Positions 1 to 12,620 of a stretch of DNA of 64,000 bases are shown here, piece after piece. Both the position numbers and the translations under genes were made by a program. The notes under the pieces were generated by a model, which saw only the letters and a program-made list of their open reading frames with translations, searched no databases and had not been told where the DNA came from. Origin of the DNA: Antedon mediterranea (lineage: Eukaryota > Animalia > Echinodermata); NCBI RefSeq assembly GCF_964355755.1, contig NC_092676.1:13006771-13070770 (forward strand). The letters are read 5' to 3'. Each line of letters begins with the position of its first letter. Within the stretch, counting starts at the first letter, position 1.

Positions 1-1030
1 ACCATTTTAAATCGTTTTAAACCATTTTGAGCATGTCGATAAAACTTTTCACAAAAAACATCAAAGTGCACAGAATAGCTTCAAATTGCATTTGGAGACG
101 TTTTAGAGCATTTTGTGCATTTCGATAAAATGTGTTAACATAAAAAGACCAAAGTGTTTAGAATATCTTCAAATCACATTTGGAGACGTTTTAGACCATT
201 TTTTGCATTTCGATGAAACTTGGTTACACAAAAACATCAAAGTGCTTAAAATCACATTTGAAACCGTTTTAGAGCATTTTGAGCATTTCGATAAAACTTT
301 TCACACAAAAACATCAAAGTGTACAAAATAGCTTCAAATCGCATTTAGAGACGTTTTAGACCATTTTTTGCATTTCGATGAAACTTGGTTACACAAAAAC
401 ATCAAAGTGCTTAAAATCACATTTAAAACCGTTTTAGAGCATTTTTAGCATTTCGATAAAACTTTTCACACAAAAACATCAAAGTGTACAAAATAGCTTC
501 AAATCGCATTTAGAGAGGTTTTAGACAATTTTGTGCATTTCGATAAAACTTTTCACACAAAAACATCAAAGTGTACAAAATAGCTTCAAATTGCATTTAG
601 AGACGTTTTAGACCATTTTGTGCATTTCGATAAAACTTTTCACACAAAAACATCAAATTGCACAAAATCGTTTTAAACCATTTTAAATCGTTTTAAACCA
701 TTTTGAGCATTTCGATAAAACTTTTCACAAAAAACATCAAAGTGCACAGAATAGCTTCAAATTGCATTTGGAGACGTTTTAGAGCATTTTGTGCATTTCG
801 ATAAAATGTGTTAACATAAAAAGACCAAAGTGTTTAGAATATCTTCAAATCACATTTGGTGACGTTTTAGACCATTTTTTGCATTTCGATGAAACTTGGT
901 TACACAAAAACATCAAAGTGCTTAAAATCACATTTGAAACCGTTTTAGAGCATTTTGAGCATTTCGATAAAACTTTTCACACAAAAACATCAAAGTGTAC
1001 AAAATAGCTTCAAATCGCATTTAGAGACGT
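1..1030 (+). repeat. 676-bp (8-monomer) local tandem duplication, also present at about 4000-5200 and 33450-34650
   Basis: The variant GATAAAATGTGTTAAC monomer sits at ORF starts 113 and 789. The 20-bp-duplication marker pairs are 676 apart at 4227/4903 and 33677/34353. Confidence 0.8.
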
Positions 1031-1530
1031 TTTAGACCATTTTGTGCATTTCGAAAAAATTTGTTAACATAAAAAGACCAAAGTGTTTAGAATATCTCCA
1101 AATCGCATTTGGAGACGTTTTAGACCATTTTGTGTTTTTCGAAAAAACTTTTCACACAAAAACATCAAAGTGTACAAAATTGCTTCAAATCGCATTTGGA
1201 GACGTTTTAGACCATTTTGTGATTTTCGAAAAACTTTTCACACAAAAACATCAAAGTGTAGAAAATTGCTTCAAATCGCAAAAAAAATGTTTTGAGAGAT
1301 GTTTTAAAACAATTTTGTGCATTTCGAAAAAATTTGTTAACATAAAAAGACCAAAGTGTTTAGAATATCTCCAAATCGCATTTGGAGACGTTTTAGACCA
1401 TTTTGTGCATTTCGATGACACTTGGTTACACAAAAACATCAAAGTGCTTAAAATCACATTTAAAACCGTTTTAGAGCATTTTTAGCATTTCGATAATACT
1501 TTTCACACAAAAACATCAAAGTTTTTTCAT

Positions 1531-4500
1531 TTGGAGACGTTTTAGACCATTTTGTGCATTTCGATGAAACTTGGTTACACAAAAACATCAAAGTGCTTAA
1601 AATCACATTTGAAACCGTTTTAGACCATTTTGAGCGTTTCGATAAAACTTTTCACACAAATAAATCAGAGTGCACAAAATAGCTTCAAATCGCATTTGGA
1701 GACGTTTTAGACTATTTTGTGCATTTCGAAAAAATTTGTTAACATAAAATGACCAAAGTGTTTAGAATATCTCCAAATCGCATTTGGAGTCGTTTTAAAC
1801 CATTTTGTGCATTTCGATGGAACTTGGTTACACAAAAACATCAAAGTGCTTAAAATCACATTTAAAACCGTTTTAGAGCATTTTGAGCATTTCGATAAAA
1901 CTTTTCACACAAAAACATCAAAGTGTACAAAATAGCTTCAAATCGCATTTAGAGACGTTTTAGACCATTTTGTGCATTTTGATAAAACTTTTCACACAAA
2001 AACATCAAATTGCACAAAATAGCTTAATATTGTGTTTGAAAACGTTTTAAACCATTTTGAGCATGTCGATAAAACTTTTCACACAAAAATATCAAAGTGC
2101 CCAGAATATCTTCAAATCGCATTTAGAGACGTTTTAGACCATTTTGTGCATTTCGAAAAAATTTGTTAACATAAAAAGACCAAAGTGTTTAGATTATCTC
2201 CAAATCGCATTTGGAGACGTTTTAGACCATTTTGTGTTTTTCGAAAAAACTTTTCACACAAAAACATCAAAGTGTACAAAATTGCTTCAAATCGCATTTA
2301 GAGAGGTTTTAGACCATTTTGTGCATTTCGATAAAACTTTTCACACAAAAACATCAAAGTGCACAGAATATCTTAATACCGTGTCTGAAATCGTTTTAAA
2401 CCATTTTGAGCATGTCGATAAAACTTTTCACACAAAAACATCAAAGTGCACAGAATATCTTCAAATCGCATTTAGAGACGTTTTAGACCATTTTGTGCAT
2501 TTCGAAAAAATTTGTTAACATAAAAAGACCAAAGTGTTTAGAATATCTCCAAATCGCATTTGGAGACGTTTTAGACCATTTTGTGCATTTCGATGAAACT
2601 TGGTTACACAAAAACATCAAAGTGCTTAAAATCACATTTGAAACCGTTTTAGAGCATTTTGAGCATTTCGATAAAACTTTTCACACAAAAACATCAAAGT
2701 GTACAAAATAGCTTCAAATCACATTTGAAACCGTTTTAGACCATTTTGAGCATTTCGATAAAACTTTTCACACAAAAACATCAAAGTGTACAGAATAGCT
2801 TCAAATCGCATTTGGAGACGTTTTAGACCATTTTGTGCATTTCGATGAAACTTGGTTACACAAAAACATCAAAGTGCTTAAAATCACATTTGAAACCGTT
2901 TTAGAGCATTTTTAACATTTCGATAATACTTTTCACACAAAAACATCAAAGTGTACAAAATAGCTTCAAATCGCATTTGGAGACGTTTTAGACCATTTTG
3001 TGCATTTCGATGAAACTTGGTTACACAAAAACATCAAAGGGCTTAAAATCACATTTGAAACCGTTTTAGAGCATTTTGAGCATTTCGAAAAAACTTTTCA
3101 CACAAAAAAATCAAAGTGCACAAAATAGCTTCAAATCGCATTTGGAGAGGTTTTAGACCATTTTGTGCATTTCGATAAAACTTTTCACACAAAAACATCA
3201 AAGTGTACAAAATAGCTTCAAATCGCATTTAGAGACGTTTTAGACCATTTTGTGCATTTCGATGAAACTTGGTTACACAAAAACATCAAAGTGCTTAAAA
3301 TCACATTTAAAACCGTTTTAGAGCGTTTTGAGCATTTCGATAAACTTTTTACACAAAAACATCAAAGTGCACAAAATAGCTTCAAATCGCATTTAGGGAT
3401 GTTTTAGACCATTTTGTGCATTTCGATAAAACTTTTCACACAAAAACATCAAATTGCACAAAATAGCTTAATACCGTGTTTGAAATCATTTTAAACCATT
3501 TTGAGCATGTCGATAAAACTTTTCACACAAAAACATCAAAGTGCACAGAATATCTTCAAATCGCATTTAGAGACGTTTTAGACCATTTTGTGCATTTCGA
3601 AAAAATTTGTTAACATAAAAAGACCAAAGTGTTTAGAATATCTCCAAATCGCATTTGGAGACGTTTTAGACCATTTTGTGCATTTCGATGAAAATTGGTT
3701 ACACAAAAACATCAAAGTGCTTAAAATCACATTTGAAACCGTTTTAGAGCATTTTGAGCATTTCGATAAAACTTTTCACACAAAAACATCAAAGTGTACA
3801 AAATAGCTTCAAATCACATTTGAAACCGTTTTAGACCATTTTGAGCATTTCGATAAAACTTTTCACACAAAAACATCAAAGTGTACAAAATAGCTTCAAA
3901 TCGCATTTGGAGACGTTTTAGACCATTTTGTGCATTTCGATGAAACTTGGTTACACAAAAACATCAAAGTGCTTAAAATCACATTTAAAACCGTTTTAGA
4001 GCATTTTTAGCATTTCGATAAAACTTTTCACACAAAAACATCAAAGTGTACAAAATAGCTTCAAATCGCATTTAGAGAGGTTTTAGACAATTTTGTGCAT
4101 TTCGATAAAACTTTTCACACAAAAACATCAAAGTGTACAAAATAGCTTCAAATTGCATTTAGAGACGTTTTAGACCATTTTGTGCATTTCGATAAAACTT
4201 TTCACACAAAAACATCAAATTGCACAAAATCGTTTTAAACCATTTTAAATCGTTTTAAACCATTTTGAGCATGTCGATAAAACTTTTCACAAAAAACATC
4301 AAAGTGCACAGAATAGCTTCAAATTGCATTTGGAGACGTTTTAGAGCATTTTGTGCATTTCGATAAAATGTGTTAACATAAAAAGACCAAAGTGTTTAGA
4401 ATATCTTCAAATCACATTTGGAGACGTTTTAGACCATTTTTTGCATTTCGATGAAACTTGGTTACACAAAAACATCAAAGTGCTTAAAATCACATTTGAA

Positions 4501-7500
4501 ACCGTTTTAGAGCATTTTGAGCATTTCGATAAAACTTTTCACACAAAAACATCAAAGTTTACAAAATAGCTTCAAATCGCATTTAGAGACGTTTTAGACC
4601 ATTTTTTGCATTTCGATGAAACTTGGTTACACAAAAACATCAAAGTGCTTAAAATCACATTTAAAACCGTTTTAGAGCATTTTTAGCATTTCGATAAAAC
4701 TTTTCACACAAAAACATCAAAGTGTACAAAATAGCTTCAAATCGCATTTAGAGAGGTTTTAGACAATTTTGTGCATTTCGATAAAACTTCTCACACAAAA
4801 ACATCAAAGTGTACAAAATAGCTTCAAATTGCATTTAGAGACGTTTTAGACCATTTTGTGCATTTCGATAAAACTTTTCACACAAAAACATCAAATTGCA
4901 CAAAATCGTTTTAAACCATTTTAAATCGTTTTAAACCATTTTGAGCATTTCGATAAAACTTTTCACAAAAAACATCAAAGTGTTTAGAATATCTTCAAAT
5001 CACATTTGGAGACGTTTTAGACCATTTTTTGCATTTCGATGAAACTTGGTTACACAAAAACATCAAAGTGCTTAAAATCACATTTGAAACCGTTTTAGAG
5101 CATTTTGAGCATTTCGATAAAACTTTTCACACAAAAACATCAAAGTGTACAAAATAGCTTCAAATCGCATTTAGAGACGTTTTAGACCATTTTGTGCATT
5201 TCGAAAAAATTTGTTAACATAAAAAGACCAAAGTGTTTAGAATATCTCCAAATCGCATTTGGAGACGTTTTAGACCATTTTGTGCATTTCGATGAAACTT
5301 GGTTACACAAAAACATCAAAGTGCTTAAAATCACATTTGAAACCGTTTTAGAGCATTTTTAGCATTTCGATAATACTTTTCACACAAAAACATCAAAGTG
5401 TACAAAATAGCTTCAAATCGCATTTGGAGACGTTTTAGACCATTTTGTGCATTTCGATGAAACTTGGTTACACAAAAACATCAAAGTGCTTAAAATCACA
5501 TTTGAAACCGTTTTAGACCATTTTGAGCATTTCGATAAAACTTTTCACACAAAAAAATCAAAGTGCACAAAATAGCTTCAAATCGCATTTGGAGACGTTT
5601 TAGACTATTTTGTGCATTTTGAAAAAATTTGTTAACATAAAAAGACCAAAGTGTTTAGAATATCTCCAAATCGCATTTGGAGACGTTTTAAACCATTTTG
5701 TGCATTTCGATGGAACTTGGTTACACAAAAACATCAAAGTGCTTAAAATCACATTTAAAACCGTTTTAGAGCATTTTGAGCATTTCGATAAAACTTTTCA
5801 CACAAAAACATCAAAGTGTACAAAATAGCTTCAAATCGCATTTAGAGAGGTTTTAGACCATTTTGTGCATTTCGATAAAACTTTTCACACAAAAACATCA
5901 AAGTGTACAAAATAGCTTCAAATCGCATTTAGAGACGTTTTAGACCATTTTGTGCATTTCGATAAAACTTTTCACACAAAAACATCAAATTGCACAAAAT
6001 AGCTTAATACCGTGTTTGAAATCGTTTTAAACCATTTTGAGCATGTCGATAAAACTTTTCACAAAAAAACATCAAAGTGCACAGAATAGCTTCAAATCGC
6101 ATTTGGAGACGTTTTAAACCATTTTGAGCATTTCGATAAAACTTTTCACACAAAAACATCAAAGTGTACAAAATAGCTTCAAATCGCATTTAGAGAGGTT
6201 TTAGACCATTTTGTGCATTTCGATAAAACTTTTCACACAAAAACATCAAATTGCACAAAATAGCTTAATATCGTGTTTGAAAACGTTTTAAACCATTTTG
6301 AGCATGTCGATAAAACTTTTCACACAAAAATATCAAAGCGCACAGAATATCTTCAAATCGCATTTAGAGACGTTTTAGACCATTTTGTGCATTTCGAAAA
6401 AATTTGTTAACATAAAAAGACCAAAGCGTTTAGAATATCTCCAAATCGCATTTGGAGACGTTTTAGACCATTTTGTGCATTTCGATGAAACTTGGTTACA
6501 CAAAAACATCAAAGTGCTTAAAATCACATTTAAAACCGTTTTAGAGCGTTTTGAGCATTTCGATAAACTTTTCACACAAAAACATCAAAGTGCACAAAAT
6601 AGCTTCAAATCGCATTTAGAGATGTTTTAGACCATTTTGTGCATTTCGATAAAACTTTTCACACAAAAACATCAAATTGCACAAAATAGCTTAATACCGT
6701 GTTTGAAATCGTTTTAAACCATTTTGAGCATGTCGATAAAACTTTTCACACAAAAACATCAAAGTGTACAAAATAGCTTCAAATCGCATTTAGAGAGGTT
6801 TTAGACCATTTTGTGCATTTCGATAAAACTTTTCACACAAAAACATCAAAGTGTACAAAATAGCTTCAAATCGCATTTGGAGACGTTTTAGACCATTTTG
6901 TGCATTTCGATGAAACTTGGTTACACAAAAACATCAAAGTGCTTAAAATTACATTTGAAAGCGTTTTAGAGCATTTTGAGCATTTCGATAATACTTTTCA
7001 CACAAAAACATCAAAGTGTACAAAATAGCTTCAAATCGCATTTGGAGACGTTTTAGACCATTTTGTGCATCAAAGTGCTTAAAATCACATTTAAAACCGT
7101 TTTAGAGCGTTTTGAGCATTTCGATAAACTTTTTACACAAAAACATCAAAGTGCACAAAATAGCTTCAAATCGCATTTAGAGATGTTTTAGACCATTTTG
7201 TGCATTTCGATAAAACTTTTCACACAAAAACATCAAATTGCACAAAATAGCTTAATACCGTGTTTGAAATCATTTTAAACCATTTTGAGCATGTCGATAA
7301 AACTTTTCACACAAAAACATCAAAGTGCACAGAATATCTTCAAATCGCATTTAGAGACGTTTTAGACCATTTTGTGCATTTCGAAAAAATTTGTTAACAT
7401 AAAAAGACCAAAGTGTTTAGAATATCTCCAAATCGCATTTGGAGACGTTTTAGACCATTTTGTGCATTTCGATGAAACTTGGTTACACAAAAACATCAAA

Positions 7501-8850
7501 GTGCTTAAAATCACATTTGAAACCGTTTTAGAGCATTTTGAGCATTTCGATAAAACTTTTCACACAAAAACATCAAAGTGTACAAAATAGCTTCAAATCA
7601 CATTTGAAACCGTTTTAGACCATTTTGAGCATTTCGATAAAACTTTTCACACAAAAACATCAAAGTGTACAAAATAGCTTCAATTCGCATTTGGAGACGT
7701 TTTAGACCATTTTGTGCATTTCGATGAAACTTGGTTACACAAAAACATCAAAGTGTACAGAATAGCTTCAAATCGCATTTGGAGACGTTTTAGACCATTT
7801 TGTGCATTTCGATGAAACTTGGTTACACAAAAACATCAAAGTGCTTAAAATCACATTTGAAACCGTTTTAGAGCATTTTTAACATTTCGATAATACTTTT
7901 CACACAAAAACATCAAAGTGCTTAAAATCACATTTGAAACCGTTTTAGAGCATTTTTAGCATTTCGATAATACTTTTCACACAAAAACATCAAAGTGTAC
8001 AAAATAGCTTCAAATCGCATTTGGAGACGTTTTAGACTATTTTGTGCATTTCGAAAAAATTTGTTAACATAAAAAGACCAAAGTGTTTAGAATATCTCCA
8101 AATCGCATTTGGAGACGTTTTAAACCATTTTGTGCATTTCGATGGAACTTGGTTACACAAAAACATCAAAGTGCTTAAAATCACATTTGAAACCGTTTTA
8201 GAACATTTTTAGCATTTCGATAATACTTTTCACACAAAAACATCAAAGTGTACAAAATAGCTTCAAATCGCATTTGGAGACGTTTTAGACCATTTTGTGC
8301 ATTTCGATGAAACTTGGTTACACAAAAACATCAAATTGCACAAAATAGCTTAATATCGTGTTTGAAAACGTTTTAAACCATTTTGAGCATGTCGATAAAA
8401 CTTTTCACACAAAAATATCAAAGTGCACAGAATATCTTCAAATCGCATTTAGAGACGTTTTAGACCATTTTGTGCATTTCGAAAAAATTTGTTAACATAA
8501 AAAGACCAAAGTGTTTAGAATATCTCCAAATCGCATTTGGAGACGTTTTAGACCATTTTGTGCATTTCGATGAAACTTGGTTACATAAAAACATCAAAGT
8601 GCTTAAAATCACATTTAAAACCGTTTTAGAGCGTTTTGAGCATTTCGATAAACTTTTCACACAAAAACATCAAAGTGCACAAAATAGCTTCAAATCGCAT
8701 TTAGAGATGTTTTAGACCATTTTGTGCATTTCGAAAAAACTTTTCACACAAAAACATCAAATTGCACACAATAGCTTAATACCGTGTTTGAAATCGTTTT
8801 AAACCATTTTGAGCATGTCGATAAAACTTTTCACACAAAAACATCAAAGT
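1531..8850 (+). repeat. 7.3-kb block, copy 1 (copy 2 at about 30981-38299)
   Basis: Constant offset of 29450/29449 for ORF starts 2144, 2493, 3588, 4351, 5610, 6385, 7372 and 8470. Shared rare markers include TTTAGGGATG, GATGAAAATTGG, AAAGCGCAC, the GTGCATCAAAG deletion and CAATTCGC. Confidence 0.92.
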
Positions 8851-11829
8851 GCACAGAATATCTTCAAATCGCATATAGAGACGTTTTAGACCATTTTGTG
8901 CATTTCGAAAAAATTTGTTAACATTAAAAGACCAATGTGTTTAGAACATCTCCAAATCGCATTTGGAGACGTTTTAGACCATTTTGTGCATTTCGATGAA
9001 ACTTGGTTACACAAAAACATCAAAGTGCTTAAAATCACATTTGAAACCGTTTTAGAGCATTTTGAGCATTTCGATAAAACTTTTCACACAAAAACATCAA
9101 AGTGTACAAAATAGCTTCAAATCACATTTGAAACCGTTTTAGACCATTTTGAGCATTTCGATAAAACTTTTCACACAAAAACATCAAAGTGTACAAAATG
9201 GCTTCAAATCGCATTTGGAGACGTTTTAGAGCATTTTGAGCATTTCGATAAAACTTTTCACACAAAAACATCAAAGTGTACAAAATAACTTCAAATCGCA
9301 TTTAGAGACGTTTTAGACCATTTTGTGCATTTTGATAAAACTTTTCACACAAAAACATCAAATTGCACAAAATAGCTTAATATCGTGTTTGAAAACGTTT
9401 TAAACCATTTTGAGCATGTCGATAAAACTTTTCACATAAAAATATCAAAGTGCACAGAATAGCTTCAAATCGCATTTGGAGACGTTTTAGACCATTTTGT
9501 GCATTTTGATAAAACTTTTCACACAAAAACATCAAATTGCACAAAATAGCTTAATATCGTGTTTGAAAACGTTTTAAACCATTTTGAGCATGTCGATAAA
9601 ACTTTTCACTCAAAAATATCAAAGTGCACAGAATATCTTCAAATCGCATTTAGAGACGTTTTAGACCATTTTGTGCATTTCGAAAAAATTTGTTAACATA
9701 AAAAGACCAAAGTGTTTAGAATATCTCCAAATCGCATTTGGAGACGTTTTAAACCATTTTGTGCATTTCGATGGAACTTGGTTACACAAAAACATCAAAG
9801 TGCTTAAAATCACATTTAAAACCGTTTTAGAGCATTTTGAGCATTTCGATAAAACTTTTCACACAAAAACATCAAAGTGTACAAAATAGCTTCAAATCGC
9901 ATTTAGAGAGGTTTTAGACCATTTTGTGCATTTCGATAAAACTTTACACACAAAAACATCAAAGTGTACAAAATAGCTTCAAATCGCATTTTGAGACGTT
10001 TTAGACCATTTTGTGCATTTCGATAAAACTTTTCACACAAAAACATCAAATTGCACAAAATAGCTTAATATCGTGTTTAAAACCGTTTTTACCATTTTGA
10101 GCATTTCGATAAACTTTTCACACAAAAACATCAAAGTGCACAAAATAGCTTCAAATCGCATTTAGAGATGTTTTAGAACATTTTGTGCATTTCGATAAAA
10201 TTTTTCACACAAAAACATCAAATTGCACAAAAAAGCTTAATACCGTGTTTGAAATCGTTTTAAACCAATTTGAGCATGTCGATAAAACTTTTCACACAAA
10301 AACATCAAAGTGCACAGAATATCTTCAAATCGCATTTAGAGACGTTTTAGACCATTTTGGGCATTTCGATGAAACTTGGTTACACAAATACATAAAAGTG
10401 CTTAAAATCACATTTAAAACCGTTTTAGAGCATTTTGAGCATTTCGATAAAACTTTTCACACAAAAACATCAAAGTGTACAAAATAGCTTCAAATCGCAT
10501 TTAGAGAGGTTTTAGACCATTTTGTGCATTTCGATAAAACTTTTCACACAAAAACATCAAAGTGTACAAAATAACTTCAAATCGTATTTAGAGACGTTTT
10601 AGACCATTTTGTGCATTTTGATAAAACTTTTCACACAAAAACATCAAATTGCACAAAATAGCTTAATATCGTGTTTGAAAACGTTTTAAACCATTTTGAG
10701 CATGTCGATAAAACTTTTCACACAAAAACATCAAATTGCACAAAATAGCTTAATATCGTGTTTGAAAACGTTTTAAACCATTTTGAGCATGTCGATAAAA
10801 CTTTTCACACAAAAATATCAAAGTGCACAGAATATCTTCAAATCGCATTTAGAGACGTTTTAGACCATTTTGTGCATTTCGAAAAAATTTGTTAACATAA
10901 AAAGACCAAAGTGTTTAGAATATCTCCAAATCGCATTTGGAGACGTTTTAGACCATTTTGTGTTTTTCGAAAAAACTTTTCACACAAAAACATCAAAGTG
11001 TTCAAAATTGCTTCAAATCGCATTTGGAGACGTTTTAGACCATTTTGTGATTTTCGAAAAACTTTTCACACAAAAACATCAAAGTGTAGAAAATTGCTTC
11101 AAATCGCATTTAGAGACGTTTTAGACCATTTTGTGCATTTCGAAAAAATTTGTTAACATAAAAAGACCAAAGTGTTTAGAATATTTCCATATCGCATTTG
11201 GAGACGTTTTAGACCATTTTGTGCATTTCGATGAAACTTGGTTACACAAAAACATCAAAGTGCTTAAAATCACATTTAAAACCGTTTTAGAGCGTTTTGA
11301 GCATTTCGATAAACTTTTCACACAAAAACATCAAAGTGCACAAAATAGCATTTAGAGATGTTTTAGACCATTTTGTGCATTTCGATAAAACTTTTCACAC
11401 AAAAACATCAAATTGCACAAAAAAGCTTAATACCGTGTTTGAAATCGTTTTAAACCAATTTGAGCATGTCGATAAAACTTTTCACACAAAAACATCAAAG
11501 TGCACAGAATATCTTCAAATCGCATTTAGAGACGTTTTAGACCATTTTGTGCATTTCGAAAAAATTTGTTAACATAAAAAGACCAAAGTGTTTAGAATAT
11601 CTCCAAATCGCATTTGGAGACGTTTTAGACCATTTTGTGCATTTCGATGAAACTTGGTTACACAAAAACATCAAAGTGCTTAAAATCACATTTGAAACCG
11701 TTTTAGAGAATTTTGAGCATTTCGATAAAACTTTTCACACAAAAACATCAAAGTGTACAAAATAGCTTCAAATCACATTTGAAACCGTTTTAGACCATTT
11801 TGAGCATTTCGATAAAACTTTTCACACAA

Positions 11830-12620
11830 AAACATCAAAGTGTACAAAATAGCTTCAAATCGCATTTGGAGACGTTTTAGACCATTTTGTGCATTTCGAT
11901 GAAACTTGGTTACACAAAAACATCAAAGTGCTTAAAATCACATTTGAAATCGTTTTAGACCATTTTGAGCATTTCGATAAAACTTTTCACACAAAAAAAT
12001 CAAAGTGCACAAAATAGCTTCAAATCGCATTTGGAGACGTTTTAGACTATTTTGTGCATTTCGAAAAAATTTGTTAACATAAAAAGACCAAAGTGTTTAG
12101 AATATCTCCAAATCGCATTTGGAGACGTTTTAAACCATTTTGTGCATTTCGATGGAACTTGGTTACACAAAAACATCAAAGTGCTTAAAATCACTTTTGA
12201 AACCGTTTTAGAGCATTTTTAGCATTTCGATAATACTTTTCACACAAAAACATCAAAGTGTACAAAATAGCTTCAAATCGCATTTGGAGACGTTTTAGAC
12301 CATTTTGTGCATTTCGATGAAACTTGGTTACACAAAAACATCAAAGTGCTTAAAATCACATTTGAAATCGTTTTAGACCATTTTGAGCATTTCGATAAAA
12401 CTTTTCACACAAAAAAATCAAAGTGCACAAAATAGCTTCAAATCGCATTTGGAGACGTTTTAGACTATTTTGTGCATTTCGAAAAAATTTGTTAACATAA
12501 AAAGACCAAAGTGTTTAGAATATCTCCAAATCGCATTTGGAGACGTTTTAAACCATTTTGTGCATTTCGATGGAACTTGGTTACACAAAAACATCAAAGT
12601 GCTTAAAATCACATTTAAAA
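11830..12620 (+). repeat. 418-bp (5-monomer) tandem duplication
   Basis: The marker GAAATCGTTTTAGAC is at 11946 and 12364, with matching flanking monomer order (78+87+88+78+87). Confidence 0.75.

Noticed and set aside
1135-1146. Short perfect palindromes (TTTTTCGAAAAA, AAAACGTTTT, TGTTAACA, GTGCAC, TGTACA) as terminators or operator sites
   Set aside because: These are expected in A/T-run-rich sequence. There is no GC-rich stem and no transcription unit to regulate.
1276-1310. Poly-A patch as a retroelement tail or insertion with target-site duplication
   Set aside because: It has only 8 A and +12 nt net, with no element body and no clear flanking duplication. A repair scar explains it better.
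2144-2518. Possible giant repeat protein with 29-aa (87 bp) and 26-aa (78 bp) units, perhaps under a code that reads through TAG
   Set aside because: Even with TAG readthrough, the 88-bp class and frequent 86-bp or 85-bp variants shift the frame every few hundred bases, so there is no sign of frame conservation.
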